The position numbers and the translations under genes are program-made. Positions 38,701 through 49,354 of a stretch of 64,000 nucleotides of DNA are shown piece after piece. The notes under the pieces are model-generated. The model saw only the letters and a program-made list of their open reading frames with translations, had not been told where the DNA came from and did not search any database. The stretch is from Sphaeroforma arctica JP610 (lineage: Eukaryota): NCBI RefSeq assembly GCF_001186125.1, contig NW_014040418.1, forward strand, positions 15,688 through 79,687, given 5' to 3'. Every line of letters starts with the position of its first letter. Within the stretch, counting starts at the first letter, position 1.

Positions 38701-41433
38701 CATCATGGCCCAGTGTACGCTTAACGTAACAATCTCTCATTGCGCTGTATGTGTTAACTAACTTTAGCATCCGCATGTGCGTGTCACCAAACCACAGACT
38801 ATACAACTGCCCGAGTTGAAGGCCATGAGCAACAACGCAGACACCTCCGAACGCTCGGAAGTCGCGAGAGATGACGGTGAGTCGTTGTTTGTTGTTGTTG
38901 TTTTTTTTCGCTTTGATTGGTGGAATATGTTCTTTTAGTACCGGCTACTCTCTGAGATCGTATAGTATTTGTGATTGTAGTTGAAATGGAGCAATGCGAT
39001 TGGTGGATGTGTTGCGTATGATACTCGATAGTTTGTTTTACCTCGGCATATGTGGTGTGTGAATGTGCCTACCCCTTCGTTACGTACATGCATATGTATA
39101 CATTTACGTTTGATGCAGTGTTTTGTCGGTTATCTTTTTCAGATACTCCACATAATCGTACAAGTGCCAACATGTCTCTGTTTCAGTCTGTGTCAATGCT
39201 ATGAATTCAGCCTCAGTTTGTCGTTGCGCATGGTACACTGTTTTTGTCTTTAGTCTTATTAACTGAATTACTACATCCGCGTATGTTCATGTCCATTGAG
39301 TGAATATTGCATATGTAAGACCTGCATCACACCTACAGATATAAAATCTACATCACACATACAGATATAAAACCTACATCACACATACGGGTATAAAACC
39401 TACATCACACACATTAAGATACTAAACACATACCACACACCTTATGCCACCTTACAGATGACGAGGATGTCTTCTTTAGAAACCTGCCACCCACGCCAGA
39501 GACTTCGAATCCCACCAAGGGCTCTTTTGGCGCTGGAGATTATGGACAAACTGAGTCCAATTTGGAGATCGTGGTGCCTGACAGTCAGAAGAACATTCTG
39601 GGCGATAGATACGGCCCTATCCCCGTGCGCCGCAATACAGCCGTGTTGGTATGTATTGAGGAGCACGGTACGCTAGCGTGTGTTTGTGTACGTGCATGTG
39701 TGAGCATAGACTTGGGTGTGGGTGTCTATGAGCATAAACTTGGGTGTGTGTGAGTGTGTACTTTTATGAGTTGCTATTCCGCTCACTTGTTGCTTCTTTA
39801 TTATGGATCGATATTGGTGGAATTAAAAAGCCGTACTCTATACATACAAGAAACCAGGTTTATTCACACACTCGCATACCTTCTCCTTCGCGACTTAACC
39901 GACAGACGGTAACGGATGTTTCGATGAGCGAAGATGGGGAGGACCAAGTAACGCGCCCGCCAAAGATCGGAGCACCCGTTCTACCTACCGGAGATGCGGA
40001 ATTGGTTGGAGATGTCGACGCAGCACTCTCTGTGGAAAGGCAGAACACCATCATCCAGGCCAAGCAACCTGAGGACGTGTCAGCGCAATTAGGTACGGAT
40101 ATACATATATATATATATATATACATATATATATGCGTGTGGGAGGGGGGGATTAGTTGTTCTAGTATTCATACACTTTAACCCTTTGCGACTTCGATTG
40201 TTCTAGTATGCATACATATTACACTTTGTGACTTCAATTGTTTGAAACGGCATGTTTTTTAATCCGTTGCAACTTTTAAATATCTTCTGCACTCCCAGGA
40301 AACATTGTGGAACGACATCGTCGGCGTAAAACAATCACAGATGTCCAGGGCAGAACCAAGCGAGAGCAGTCATTGGTGGCCAAGACACTCAAGCGAAATG
40401 CGGAACACCAAACACCCTTGGCTATGACGGTATGCTTAGTTCGTTAATGTTTGATTAGTGGGTGACTCTGTATGTGCATCTAGTCAGTTCACTTGCGGGC
40501 CTACTACAACAGATACTGGAGAAGTATGCGTGTTGCTACTTGTATTGTTTCTTGGTAATCGCATTCTCGCTCAATTGTTTGATCTTGTACGGTATATTCT
40601 GCGTATTCGTTCACAAGAAAATCTGAGCCGTGCACACTTCTGCATTGAGAAATATATGTGCCCGTCTCATGCAACACGCACCACCAAATCTTCTAAAAGA
40701 CCATCACGTATCTCACATTGTGACAGTGTAGAATATACACACGATACTCATCGTATAGTGTTCTGTACACGTGCGCCTTCACGTCTAAATCAACTACTGG
40801 TGTGTTACGTTGCAGCTGCGTGAGAAGATACAAAGAGACGAAGAGAAGGCACACCGTAGAGAAAACAAATCGGGTGAAAACCTGCACATTACTCGCACGC
40901 AAAGTCTTGCGCACGAGCCCGCGACTTCCAGGTCTAGCGATCCCGAACGACAGCCAATACCTCCCCGCGACTACGCAAAGGACACTCTACACAGGCACAG
41001 GTAAGTGCGTTGCTAATTTATATTCGTGACACTTTTGAGCGTACGGCATAGGTGTATATATGTATATATTAATACTTAATAATTATGTATATGTAGTATA
41101 TGTGTATGTGGTTATGGGTTTTAAGAATTAGGTATAGGTATAGGTATGTTTGTATGTGTGTGTACTTGTATGTACATGTGCTTGTGTATGTATGTAAGTG
41201 TATATATATATATATATATATATACGTATATACGTATATACGTATATACGTATACATATATATATACTCAGTGTGTATGAGTCCAGGTTCTTATAGTCTG
41301 GGAATTAGTGGTAATCTCTTCTTCTCGCAGTGTTCGCCACAACGCAAAGGAAACATTGTGCAGGCATATTAGTCAGGGGTTCATAAACATATGTAATCAT
41401 GTTTCTTGTTTTATATGTCCAAGGTTGCAATGA
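2920..41433 (+). CDS. Giant 61-exon gene, about 3307 aa: Gtb3-like (galactosaminogalactan/Pel-type) membrane GT4 polysaccharide synthase
   Basis: Hand-spliced exons, all GT-AG, phase-consistent, no internal stop, total 9924 nt: 2920-3045, 3833-3933, 5010-5115, 5696-5743, 6680-6779, 7406-7539, 7742-7898, 8592-8798, 9329-9427, 9727-9848, 11400-11586, 12082-12254, 12446-12635, 13064-13338, 14135-14326, 14705-14895, 15186-15351, 15789-15994, 16917-17075, 17325-17470, 18263-18360, 18612-18773, 19324-19533, 19883-20005, 20534-20705, 21026-21180, 21974-22148, 22424-22619, 23018-23186, 23495-23765, 23966-24222, 24984-25181, 25358-25554, 25736-25891, 26491-26664, 27253-27412, 27693-27848, 28230-28412, 28720-28839, 29226-29401, 29785-29925, 30768-30987, 31761-31903, 32214-32289, 32799-32907, 33412-33618, 33794-34001, 34501-34702, 35100-35311, 35634-35761, 35983-36119, 36362-36466, 37003-37178, 37617-37804, 38174-38376, 38798-38876, 39458-39648, 39906-40092, 40299-40429, 40816-41000, 41331-41433. 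The motifs [68 protein letters not shown] and RYLREHEQ match my recollection of fungal Gtb3-family proteins. Exon 4, the start of exon 36 and the last exon are least certain. Confidence 0.88.
3974..4498. repeat. Intronic ~23-bp minisatellite (aagttatatatacaaggatatgt)
   Basis: Directly visible, most regular from about 4220 to 4498. Confidence 0.85.
8850..9165. repeat. Intronic G-rich minisatellite (aaggggtgatatgaggggtgattaacatgtgtat-like)
   Basis: Multiple imperfect copies after the exon 8 donor. Confidence 0.8.
9890..11110. repeat. Intronic minisatellite, roughly 20 copies of a 50-70-bp unit (gtttatgctcatgtatgtatcatatacatccggatgtctgtgtat...)
   Basis: Directly visible. It generates the spurious C/V/Y/M-rich ORFs at 9859-11102. 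Confidence 0.95.
13657..13915. repeat. Intronic ~85-bp tandem repeat, about 3 copies
   Basis: tgtgtccacgtgactatctaccaa occurs three times. Confidence 0.85.
16275..16665. repeat. Intronic 54-bp tandem repeat (gtgtacagtgtggagtctgctctctcgagtgtaaggagagctacctacatgtta) with shorter variant units
   Basis: Directly visible. It explains the 18-aa periodicity of ORF 16275..16472. Confidence 0.9.
21595..21698. repeat. Intronic 35-bp tandem repeat x3
   Basis: atacgctcgtttatagtcagaagtacttcctaaga is repeated. Confidence 0.85.
30422..30771 (+). repeat. 44-bp x8 tandem repeat whose unit is the exon-42 splice acceptor
   Basis: Unit acactcatacctacctctcccataccccacccaca(c/t)agctacag starts at 30422, 30466, 30510, 30554, 30598, 30642, 30686 and 30730. 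The last copy runs into the exon at 30768. Confidence 0.95.
31298..31770 (+). repeat. ~39-41-bp x12 tandem repeat whose unit is the exon-43 splice acceptor (..ttgtag|gta..)
   Basis: Unit tatcctttccttgtgttgtaggtagtttctcacatacccct. The twelfth copy (31741) is the acceptor that continues the ORF at 31761. Confidence 0.95.
32664..32799 (+). repeat. 34-bp x4 tandem repeat of the exon-45 acceptor
   Basis: tgctcataattctgtattctatttata(g/t)accagc; the AGs end at 32696, 32730, 32764 and 32798. Confidence 0.92.
33952..34280 (+). repeat. Fourfold tandem copy of the last 50 nt of exon 47 plus its donor
   Basis: Copies start at 33952, 34036, 34114 and 34200, with GTATGT donors at 34002, 34086, 34164 and 34250. 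Confidence 0.95.
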
Positions 41434-44400
41434 TCTAGGGAGTTACTTTTAGCCGCGCTATAAAAATATAACAAGAACATCCTTCCTCCTTCCCCTTCCC
41501 ACAAGTGTCCATATAGGTGAGTGAAAATATATTCATTCTTAAATACAAGCTCATGAGTTAGTCACGCTTATATTCTGAATGACTATGTGGTTGTAGCTAA
41601 TTAAATAGATGATTGGAAATACTAATTGGCAAGTATTAACAAGACACACGAAGTGATATACCGTGTTCAATTTACAATTGTTAGTATCAGTGTGCTTGTA
41701 GAGATCCACTGTTGCCTGGTATTAGTACTACACTGCAATGGATTCCATCGCTTTCTCACCTAACCAAATCCTCAATTTGACCACATCCACATCACAGACA
41801 GGACGATGCAAAAAAATAGGCGGCATGCGGACAACGATCATATGCTATAGAGAGTTTAGAGACGACTGCATATAAATAAGACTGCAGTTGTGATGGAATG
41901 CAGAGCGATATGTGATTGAAAATATATCTGTATGCCGTGGCTCCCGTGTTGTGCCGTACATGTGTGTGCTCGGGTTCGTGGCGGAGACCAGTACAGTGGA
42001 GATCCGAGGCGATGTGAATTTAGTTTTTTGGATTTAAGGATCGAAACGATATGAATTACTTTTATGTATGATAGAAAGGATAATGCAAAGGCATTCAGAT
42101 CTTCTGTGCTGCAACGGCTTCACCAACCACGCAACACGCTTCGCAGAAAATTGGATGCGCAGTATACTTTTAATTTAATAAACTTATAGCACGACAGGCA
42201 GTGAGCTCTGTCCATTTTGATTTGTTACGGCTTCATCAAACGCTCAGTACTTGGCCGAAGCTCGGCATTAGGGTTTATTAAATTCTGTAGTACCGCGGGT
42301 TGAATCTTCTATATTTTTCAGGCGCATTTCCCCATAAATTATATATTCAGTTTTTAATTTGTTGAAATGTCTATAATAACATATTAGAGGAACCTGTCCT
42401 GGTCCTGGGATTTTACACCTCACAAACATCTAATCTCGAATTTGATTCTTATGGCACGATGTATAAGTACGTGTGTACAGTGTAAATGTTTTAATATGTT
42501 CAACAACATGTTTTTGTATATGAACAATGTATTTACCTATGCACGAAATGCATGACAACTTATAATACTAACATACAGAATGTTCAACTTCCGGAACAGT
42601 ATTTTGCAATTGTGAATTTTATTGTCTTCTCAGTATGTAGTGCGCTGTAATCGAAGGCATAGCATTTCCGTTGATATTGGTGTCGGCACTTCACATCCTC
42701 GGTAATATAAACATGATATACAGTGAATATCTTTTGATTGTCTCGTTCTTGGAAAGTGAATTTGCAACCAGTTATTTGACTACATCGTACTAATTTTAAC
42801 AAATTCTCTGTGGTTGCGAATGACGTCATGCTCTATACGGGATCGGTCGAACGTATGACGTTCCACATGTCTGTTTCCTTGATATCGTAATATATAGGAA
42901 AATCACAAATGCACTAGTATACATATAAACTCATGCTTCTGTTTGAAGGAATCTTTTTGTTTGCTTTTAAATTTCACCAATCTCTCTCTCACACTCTTTC
43001 GAATTGAAGACGATAATGTAGTAAAATGTATGATAAAGCTCTTCAGTCGAGATACGACAATACAACAGGAATTAAATCGATTCTACTTTTATACATACAA
43101 TAAAACTCATAAATCGCATTTAGCAAGAGCAGCTTTCCGAGACCAACACAGTGCATCTTTTACAAATGGATTAGAACTGATAGCCTTGGTCTATTTGCCT
43201 TGAATATTACTCGGTACTTATGATCTTTCAAAAACAGCATTCATTTCCATCACTACTTGCAATGAATGTAAAATAATATTAAGATTAGTAACTTTATGAA
43301 ATATAAATACGAATCTAATTCCAGATATGTATTTCAAATTAAATCGTCGCTAATCCAATTCTTTTTGTACACAAAATGATTATCGTCAAATCTGAGCCTC
43401 AGTCCGTTTGTAAGATTTGCAGAAAGTCATGTTCGCACATGATTGAAACTAGTGCTCTTGCTATGGTTGCCGCTGGTGTTTGTTCCATCATTGACCTGAG
43501 TATAATATTGCACATTATGAGTATATGTCTAGCCAAACGAGGATGAACGTGATATTTCTACTCGAGTCTAGCAATGGACCTATTGTATCTAGTTGAATCT
43601 ATCGCCGGGGAAACAGTTGGTATTGATTGTAATCCGGTGAAAATCCTTTTTTGAATTTTGTTCATTTTGACTACATTTCAACTTTGTTTTTACTCCTCGA
43701 AGTAAGGATATGATCATATGTTAGTATTTAGGATCAGTTCAATAAATGCACAACGCCCCCTTTGTACGAGGAGAGTACGCTAAGATACAGTTATCTTTAT
43801 ATACGTCTTATTACAGTTGCCTACGTGCACTTTCTGTCGTTGTGGGTTTGCTTTTTTTTTTTATCAACTGCGTAGCGCCCCACTGAATGGTATTGCGCTA
43901 TAATGGTAGCATTGTCGTCGTGTGTGACTATGTCTAACTCTGCTGATTAGTCGGTGGTTTGTACCGCCGAGATTTTTATGGCTGGATGTGCTAGTCATTT
44001 TGTCAAAGTATAGTGACTTTGTGCCTGTTTTGGCGACTAACGTGATACCCCACAGTGGTTTTCTGTTGTTCCTGTTTTCCGCTAGCGTGGGATTTTTCTC
44101 GAGTACTGATGAGGATTTCTGGAATTATCTCCCCAAGATAGATTTGCCCACGCATGTATTCTATCTGCACATTTTTGGAGTAGTGCACTTTGTTCCTTGG
44201 TATAGAACTTTGCTATTTTTGCATTATGCGCAGCCTCAAATAAATCGACTGTGAATTTCTCAAACCTACGTTCCGCTTTTTTCTTGAAATCTTGTATGTA
44301 CTTACCAGTCTATGGCCGATATCAGTATGAGCATGTTCGTTTAAAGCGTTCATATTCATGACCGTTGTGTGTGTTCTTGTTAGCTCCTTTCAATATATTT

Positions 44401-44592
44401 GATGTTTTGATATTGAAAATATCTTCGTAAAATCCTGATGCATGATTTGTATGTCTTTGACTGGTACCTGGATAATCGTGAAGTGGAGGGTGGAATGTTT
44501 TTGATACCCACTTTGCTAGCATAGGGAGCTAGACCCAGGCGTCAAGAGTATGGAATCTTGGCTTCTGCAACCTTTTTAAATATTTCAGATGG

Positions 44593-45050
44593 TGTTAGCG
44601 TGTGATGTGGGGGACTATAAGTAAAGTGCAAATGTATCCAAAATATAGTGCGTTCGAATGTATTTATTTATGACAATCTCACCCTCAGTTATATACTGAT
44701 GGTGTTGTACTAGTGTTCAACCACTTGGGTTGGCCAGGGTGAAAACTCATATGATCAGTATGAGAAACCTTATGCAGAACACTTTAGCACTCGAATATAT
44801 TTTCCAGAAATAAATATATCATATTCTCTGTTATTACACTCAGTCTCGGACCTCGGCTCTCAGCTAGCCGGTGGCTCGTGTCCTATAAATAGAATAATCT
44901 GAGAAGAAGTCTCAAATTACTCTTACGTTCTCTCGGACTGACCCATCTATACGTATATTAATTTGAGAACAAGTCCCAAATTACTCTCGGGCTGACGACG
45001 TAAAACGGTATTAACGTATTTAGAAATACGTCTACTTCTGTAGTCTCTCA
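44593..45050 (+). mobile_element. Solo LTR (type A, 458 bp) with 5-bp target-site duplication
   Basis: TGTTAG...TCTCTCA termini, GATGG on both flanks (44588-44592 and 45051-45055), internal TATAAATA, and homologous inverted copies at 47688-47848, 52356-52826 and 53750-53860. Orientation is nominal. Confidence 0.93.
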
Positions 45051-45889
45051 GATGGTGTCCACTTGGTTCTTCTAACTGGACCTACTCGACAAATCATAAT
45101 ATGTAGCCAAGGCGTCTTCTAAACTGCAAGAGTACCCTAGTATATGAACGTATCTACCTCTCTCAGATGGATCGGTTCGCAATAAATCATTGAAATAAAT
45201 TTGCTGAGCCACTTGATGTTAGCCTCATGTATATGAACATCATTTAGCAACTGTGGTATTGACAACCGCGGTGGATTTGCCCATAACAGCTGCGCAAAAT
45301 GTTGAGCTGCATATATATATCTCTCTCTATGGTATCTGGGCCATATATATTGTCTGCGGTCTCAAACCATCTAGAGCTGGCTTTCCAATCGGTAGCTAGT
45401 AACTCGCGTACCATCTTTTTCAAGTCCAATATAAAGTGTGACAACATGTAGAGTGTAGAGAGTAGCTGAAAGGTACGACTGAAGGAAACAATAGACCTTT
45501 TCTCGAAGACGGTTATCTCAGCTAGGAAAAGTCCCTGGTCTGAGAGAGCCGAATTGAATCTCTATTTGTGTTTTCTAATTCACTAGGATCAGGTTTATAC
45601 TTGAGTGTTTCTCTCACACGCGGGGTCCCGATTTTTCTTACCGGTTCTACCGCTAATATTTCTGATGACTCTAATATCAGAAATACTTAGACCCGGGTCC
45701 AAAACTCAGTGTTTGATTATTCTGTGGTTTTGAGCTTTGTATTGGCTTTTTGATAATTTGGTCCCTGGATGCTACGAACATATCCGCAGTAAGTGAATGT
45801 GTTTCACAGGCGTATGTGATTTTTCAAAAGAAAATTTCGAGATCGTATCATGCCACATACTGATTATCCATCTGTGAGTTTCGTTCTAT

Positions 45890-46215
45890 TTCTAAAGGTG
45901 TTGCAATACATCGTTATTGTTGCACAGTTGGGTAATTGATTTGTGATGAGTTCACATGGCTCTGCTAAAGAACTGCACATATCTTGATTTCCCATCTATC
46001 ATTTGAAACGGTACACCTCTGATTGCCATGTCCGAGGCGTCTGTTGCTATCATGAACGGAACACCGGCTCTTGGTGGCTGAACTACCGGGGGTTGAACCG
46101 CCATTTTGAGCTGCTTAAAAACATCATGACAGGGTTTGTTCCATAAAACTCATGATTTACCTTTGTGACATCTTAATCCGACAAGAAGTTGACAAAACCG
46201 CACATGCTGTTCACA
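45890..46215 (-). pseudogene. Ty3/gypsy RT-connection/RNase H fragment
   Basis: The minus strand reads WNKPCHDVFKQLK...PPVVQPPRAGVPFMIATDASDMAIRGVPFQMIDGKSRYVQFFSRAM, then after a frameshift QINYPTVQQ. These are the TDAS and NYxxxE(K)E motifs. Confidence 0.8.
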
Positions 46216-46226
46216 TCCTTTCCTTT

Positions 46227-46708
46227 TGAGAGACAACAGGTCACAGACCAGATTTTACAGCAAGAACCCCTCTTTGATGTATAGTAGTCATCGGAGTTTG
46301 CTCACTCCTGAGAACTAATCAAGTTGCTTAAATTACTCCCGAGTGTTGAGTTAATACTTAACCGACTCCCGAGAGCAGATTAGGTTTCTCAACCAACTCC
46401 CGAGATTCAAGTCTGTCAACCGCAACATTTTAAAAAAGAGCTGCGCTTCTATGTGAGTCACAGTCTATACGGAAAGGCATCATGTGATCAGCGTGAGATT
46501 TAGTTGCAGAGAAGTCGAAATAGAATAGCATCGAAGTGTTAAAGTGTTCTGTAGAAGATTCCTCATACTGACCATATGAGTTTTTACCCTGGCCAGCCCA
46601 AGTGGCTGTACACTAGCAAAAATACTTAAATATGAAACCAAAGGTGAGGTCAGAGATAAATACATACATTTGCACTTTATTCAAAGTTTACTCCATTGTA
46701 CTCTAAAA
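46227..46708 (-). mobile_element. LTR (type B), inverted copy
   Basis: Reverse complement of the LTR at 47849-48334 along its length. No TSD seen. Confidence 0.88.
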
Positions 46709-46746
46709 GAAAGTATTAGTTTGCTGGGTTACTTCATAGTCCGACA

Positions 46747-47680
46747 CTAGAATTGAAATTCCTGCAATATTTCTCTTAGGTATTGTCGTTGATTAAGACG
46801 TACTTTTTCAGGGTGTGTTTCCACATCGCACTTGGGAAACCACGAAGGTGTGCCCATGTCGACAGTATTCCATTCGCCTTTCATTGCATCAGCTAGTTTC
46901 TGTCCGTCAGTCCTACTCTGGCATGCTGCAATTTTGTCATCTACATGTACAATAATGAAATACAGTCCACTGTGGGTTTGTTCAATGAACAGCACTCCTT
47001 CCAATTGTGCTTGTTTATATTGGTGGAGTATAGCAAACGAAGAATAGATTTAAACCAGTTGTGCCCGCTAGGTGGTAGGCCGTAAACGTAACGGCCAGCT
47101 CGACATACGACCTTTGTGTCTCCTTGTTTGTGCCTTTCGTATAGTTGTCTCTGGGGCGGATCAAGTGGCTGTTTAAAAAAGTCATATCCTTGCGGTACTC
47201 GCATATAGCTAAGGGTACTCGCATATAGCTAAGGGTACTCGCATATAGCTAAGGGTACTCGCATATAGCTAAGGGTACTCGCATATAGCTAAGGGTACTC
47301 GCATATAGCTATGGGTATTCGTATATAGCTAAGGGTATTCAGTTCTTGAGCAATGTAGGCCGAGGATGTACCGTATTGTCGAATGTCCATGTCGTAATGT
47401 GCCATTAGAGCTAGACAGATCCTGAGTGTTTCCTTGGCTAATACTGGGGCATAGCTTTCATCATAATCGACGCCCCGTTTTGCGTTGAACGCTGCTACGT
47501 TCAGACGTGATTTAAGTCGTGGGACTTGTCCTGATTCATCCGTTTTTGCCTTGAATACCCATCGAGGGGGTGTGATTTTTCCCGCGGTTTGTTGTCAATC
47601 AGAGTGAATGCCTTCCGCTGTATCACCAATCTCTTCATCTCTGAACGTGCTGATTCCTCCCAGTGGGCTGCATTTGGCAT
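46747..47680 (-). pseudogene. Ty1/copia reverse transcriptase fragment (RVT_2), frameshifted
   Basis: Minus-strand motifs RWVFKAKTDESG..RLKSRL, GVDYDESYAPV, MRVPQGY, VYGLPPSGHNW, IIVHVDD, DMGTPSWF and LNQRQYLREIL. Confidence 0.92.
47194..47340. repeat. 20-bp x7 tandem repeat inside the copia RT
   Basis: ggtactcgcatatagctaag at 20-bp spacing from 47194. Confidence 0.95.
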
Positions 47681-47687
47681 CTCATAA

Positions 47688-47848
47688 CATAAGGTTTCTC
47701 ATACTGATCATATGAGTTTTTACCCTGGCCAACCCAAGTGGTTAAACACTAGTACAAACACCATCAGTATATAACTGAGGGTGAGATCATGAATAAATTC
47801 ATTCGAACGCACCATTCTTTAGATATTTTTGTACTTTACTTTTTGTCC
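47688..47848 (-). mobile_element. Truncated type A LTR fragment
   Basis: Reverse complement of about 44620-44775, cut off by the type B LTR at 47849. Confidence 0.85.
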
Positions 47849-48334
47849 TGTTAGAGTACAATGTCGTTGACTTTAAATAAAGTGCAAATGTATGTATTAA
47901 TTTCTGACCTCACCTTTGGTTTTATACCTAAGGTGTTTGTGCAAGTGTACAGCCACTTGGGCTGGCCAGGGTAAAACCCCATATGGTCAGTATGAGAAAC
48001 CTTATGCAGAACACTTTAACACTTCGATGCTATTCTAATTCACTTTCTCTGCAAGTAAATTTCACGCTGATCACATGGTGCCTTTTCGCATAGATTGTGA
48101 GTCACATAGACCCGCAGCTATTTTTAGAATGTTGCGGTTGACAGACTTAATCCACTCTCGGGAATCGGTTGAGAAACTTAATCTGCTCTCGGAAGTCGGT
48201 TGAGTAATAACTCAGCTCTTGGGAGTAATTTAAGCACCTTGATTTGCTCTTGGGAGTGAGCTAACTCTGATGACTTCTACAAATCCAAGAGGGTTTCTTG
48301 CTGTAAAATCTGGCCTGGGACCTGTAGTCTCTCA
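47849..48334 (+). mobile_element. LTR (type B, 486 bp)
   Basis: TGTTAG...CTGTAGTCTCTCA termini. Homologous to 46227-46708 (inverted) and 52038-53034. The flanks (tgtcc, ctctc) do not form a TSD. Confidence 0.9.
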
Positions 48335-49157
48335 CTCTCCCTCAATTTTACAGTCTAAAGGGCTGAAGTCTGAAAGGCTGAAAATTGATAACTGAAGACT
48401 AATGAAGGCTGAAGACTAAAGACCGGGATTGTGAAATTGTTGACTCTGTAGATGGATTAGGCGATAAGCGTTGAACCAATGTATATATGTCGGAGACGTT
48501 TACGAATTGGTGCTGTTGAGTATGGTTTCGATGCAAATTGTTAAAAACGTTGACTTTTCTGAATAGTAGACGATCCTCTGTACAGTGACAGGCATCACGA
48601 CGGGCGTGGATAATCTTCTGTGGGACAGGCATCACAATTTCGCAGATAAAAATACCCGAGATTTTCTTGAAAAATAAATTTTGCTTACTGAATCGGTGTG
48701 GACTGTGGCGTGGATGTTGGGGGACACACAGCTCTGCGTTGTGGCATATTGGTTTGACTTTGGGATGTGGCCTGAAAGGCTGAGACTCAGAGACCGTGAG
48801 GCTGAGATTTTCTCTTGGGTCTTGGAATGCGCGGCTCTTATGCTGTGGTCCGGCTGCTATCCTTAGTATGGTTGCTTTTTTTTAAAAGTTATAATTTTGA
48901 TTAAATTGACCAACGAAATTCGTGTAGTGATAAATTCTACCCATTGAAAACAAAAATTCAGGCCGCAGTGGTCAAAAAGATACTTTTTTTTTGTTTACGG
49001 TTAGTACTCACAATGCATAGTGGGGGCGCTGGGGTAGAGAAAGTGTGGGGTTGTGGGCCCTGTAGGGGCCTGTGGGCTGCGGAATTTACAATTTTGTATG
49101 TATCCTTTCAGGATAAACTCATATTCCCTCCACTAGGAGGTTAAACATGGTTTTACC

Positions 49158-49312
49158 TGTTCATGAGTACCCTATATTAGGATTTTTGTCATACGCCATG
49201 TGACAATATGAACATGGCCGTACTGAGCATTTCAGTATAATAGGAACTTACACTTTTGTAAATAAACAGTCTTTGTGAAAGTACTTAGAATAAGTCCCTA
49301 TAGGTTATGGGC
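49158..49312 (+). mobile_element. Putative short 5' LTR and copia-type primer-binding site (GGTTATGGGC, 49303-49312)
   Basis: TGTT start at 49158, TATAA and AATAAA inside, and GGTTATGGGC 42 nt before the gag ATG at 49355. No second copy in the window to confirm the LTR limits. Confidence 0.55.
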
Positions 49313-49354
49313 AAATAATTAGTGAGACTACTAATATTTTAAGCATCTACCAAC

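Noticed and set aside
50..41372. Numerous ORFs rich in C/V/Y/M/H/T/I (e.g. 10103..11020, 3300..3941, 6650..7276)
   Set aside because: They are translations of (GT)n, (AT)n and (CA)n microsatellites and minisatellites inside introns; only the exon portions are coding.
42584..44522. Short AT-rich ORFs, including a minus-strand YCRISTEE serine-recombinase-like peptide near 43041-43070
   Set aside because: The frames are full of stops and no further family motifs were recognised. Possibly a decayed element, but not supportable.
48335..49144. Possible DNA transposon end (..ggaggTTAA at 49144, short periodic subrepeats)
   Set aside because: No matching inverted terminus or transposase found in the window.
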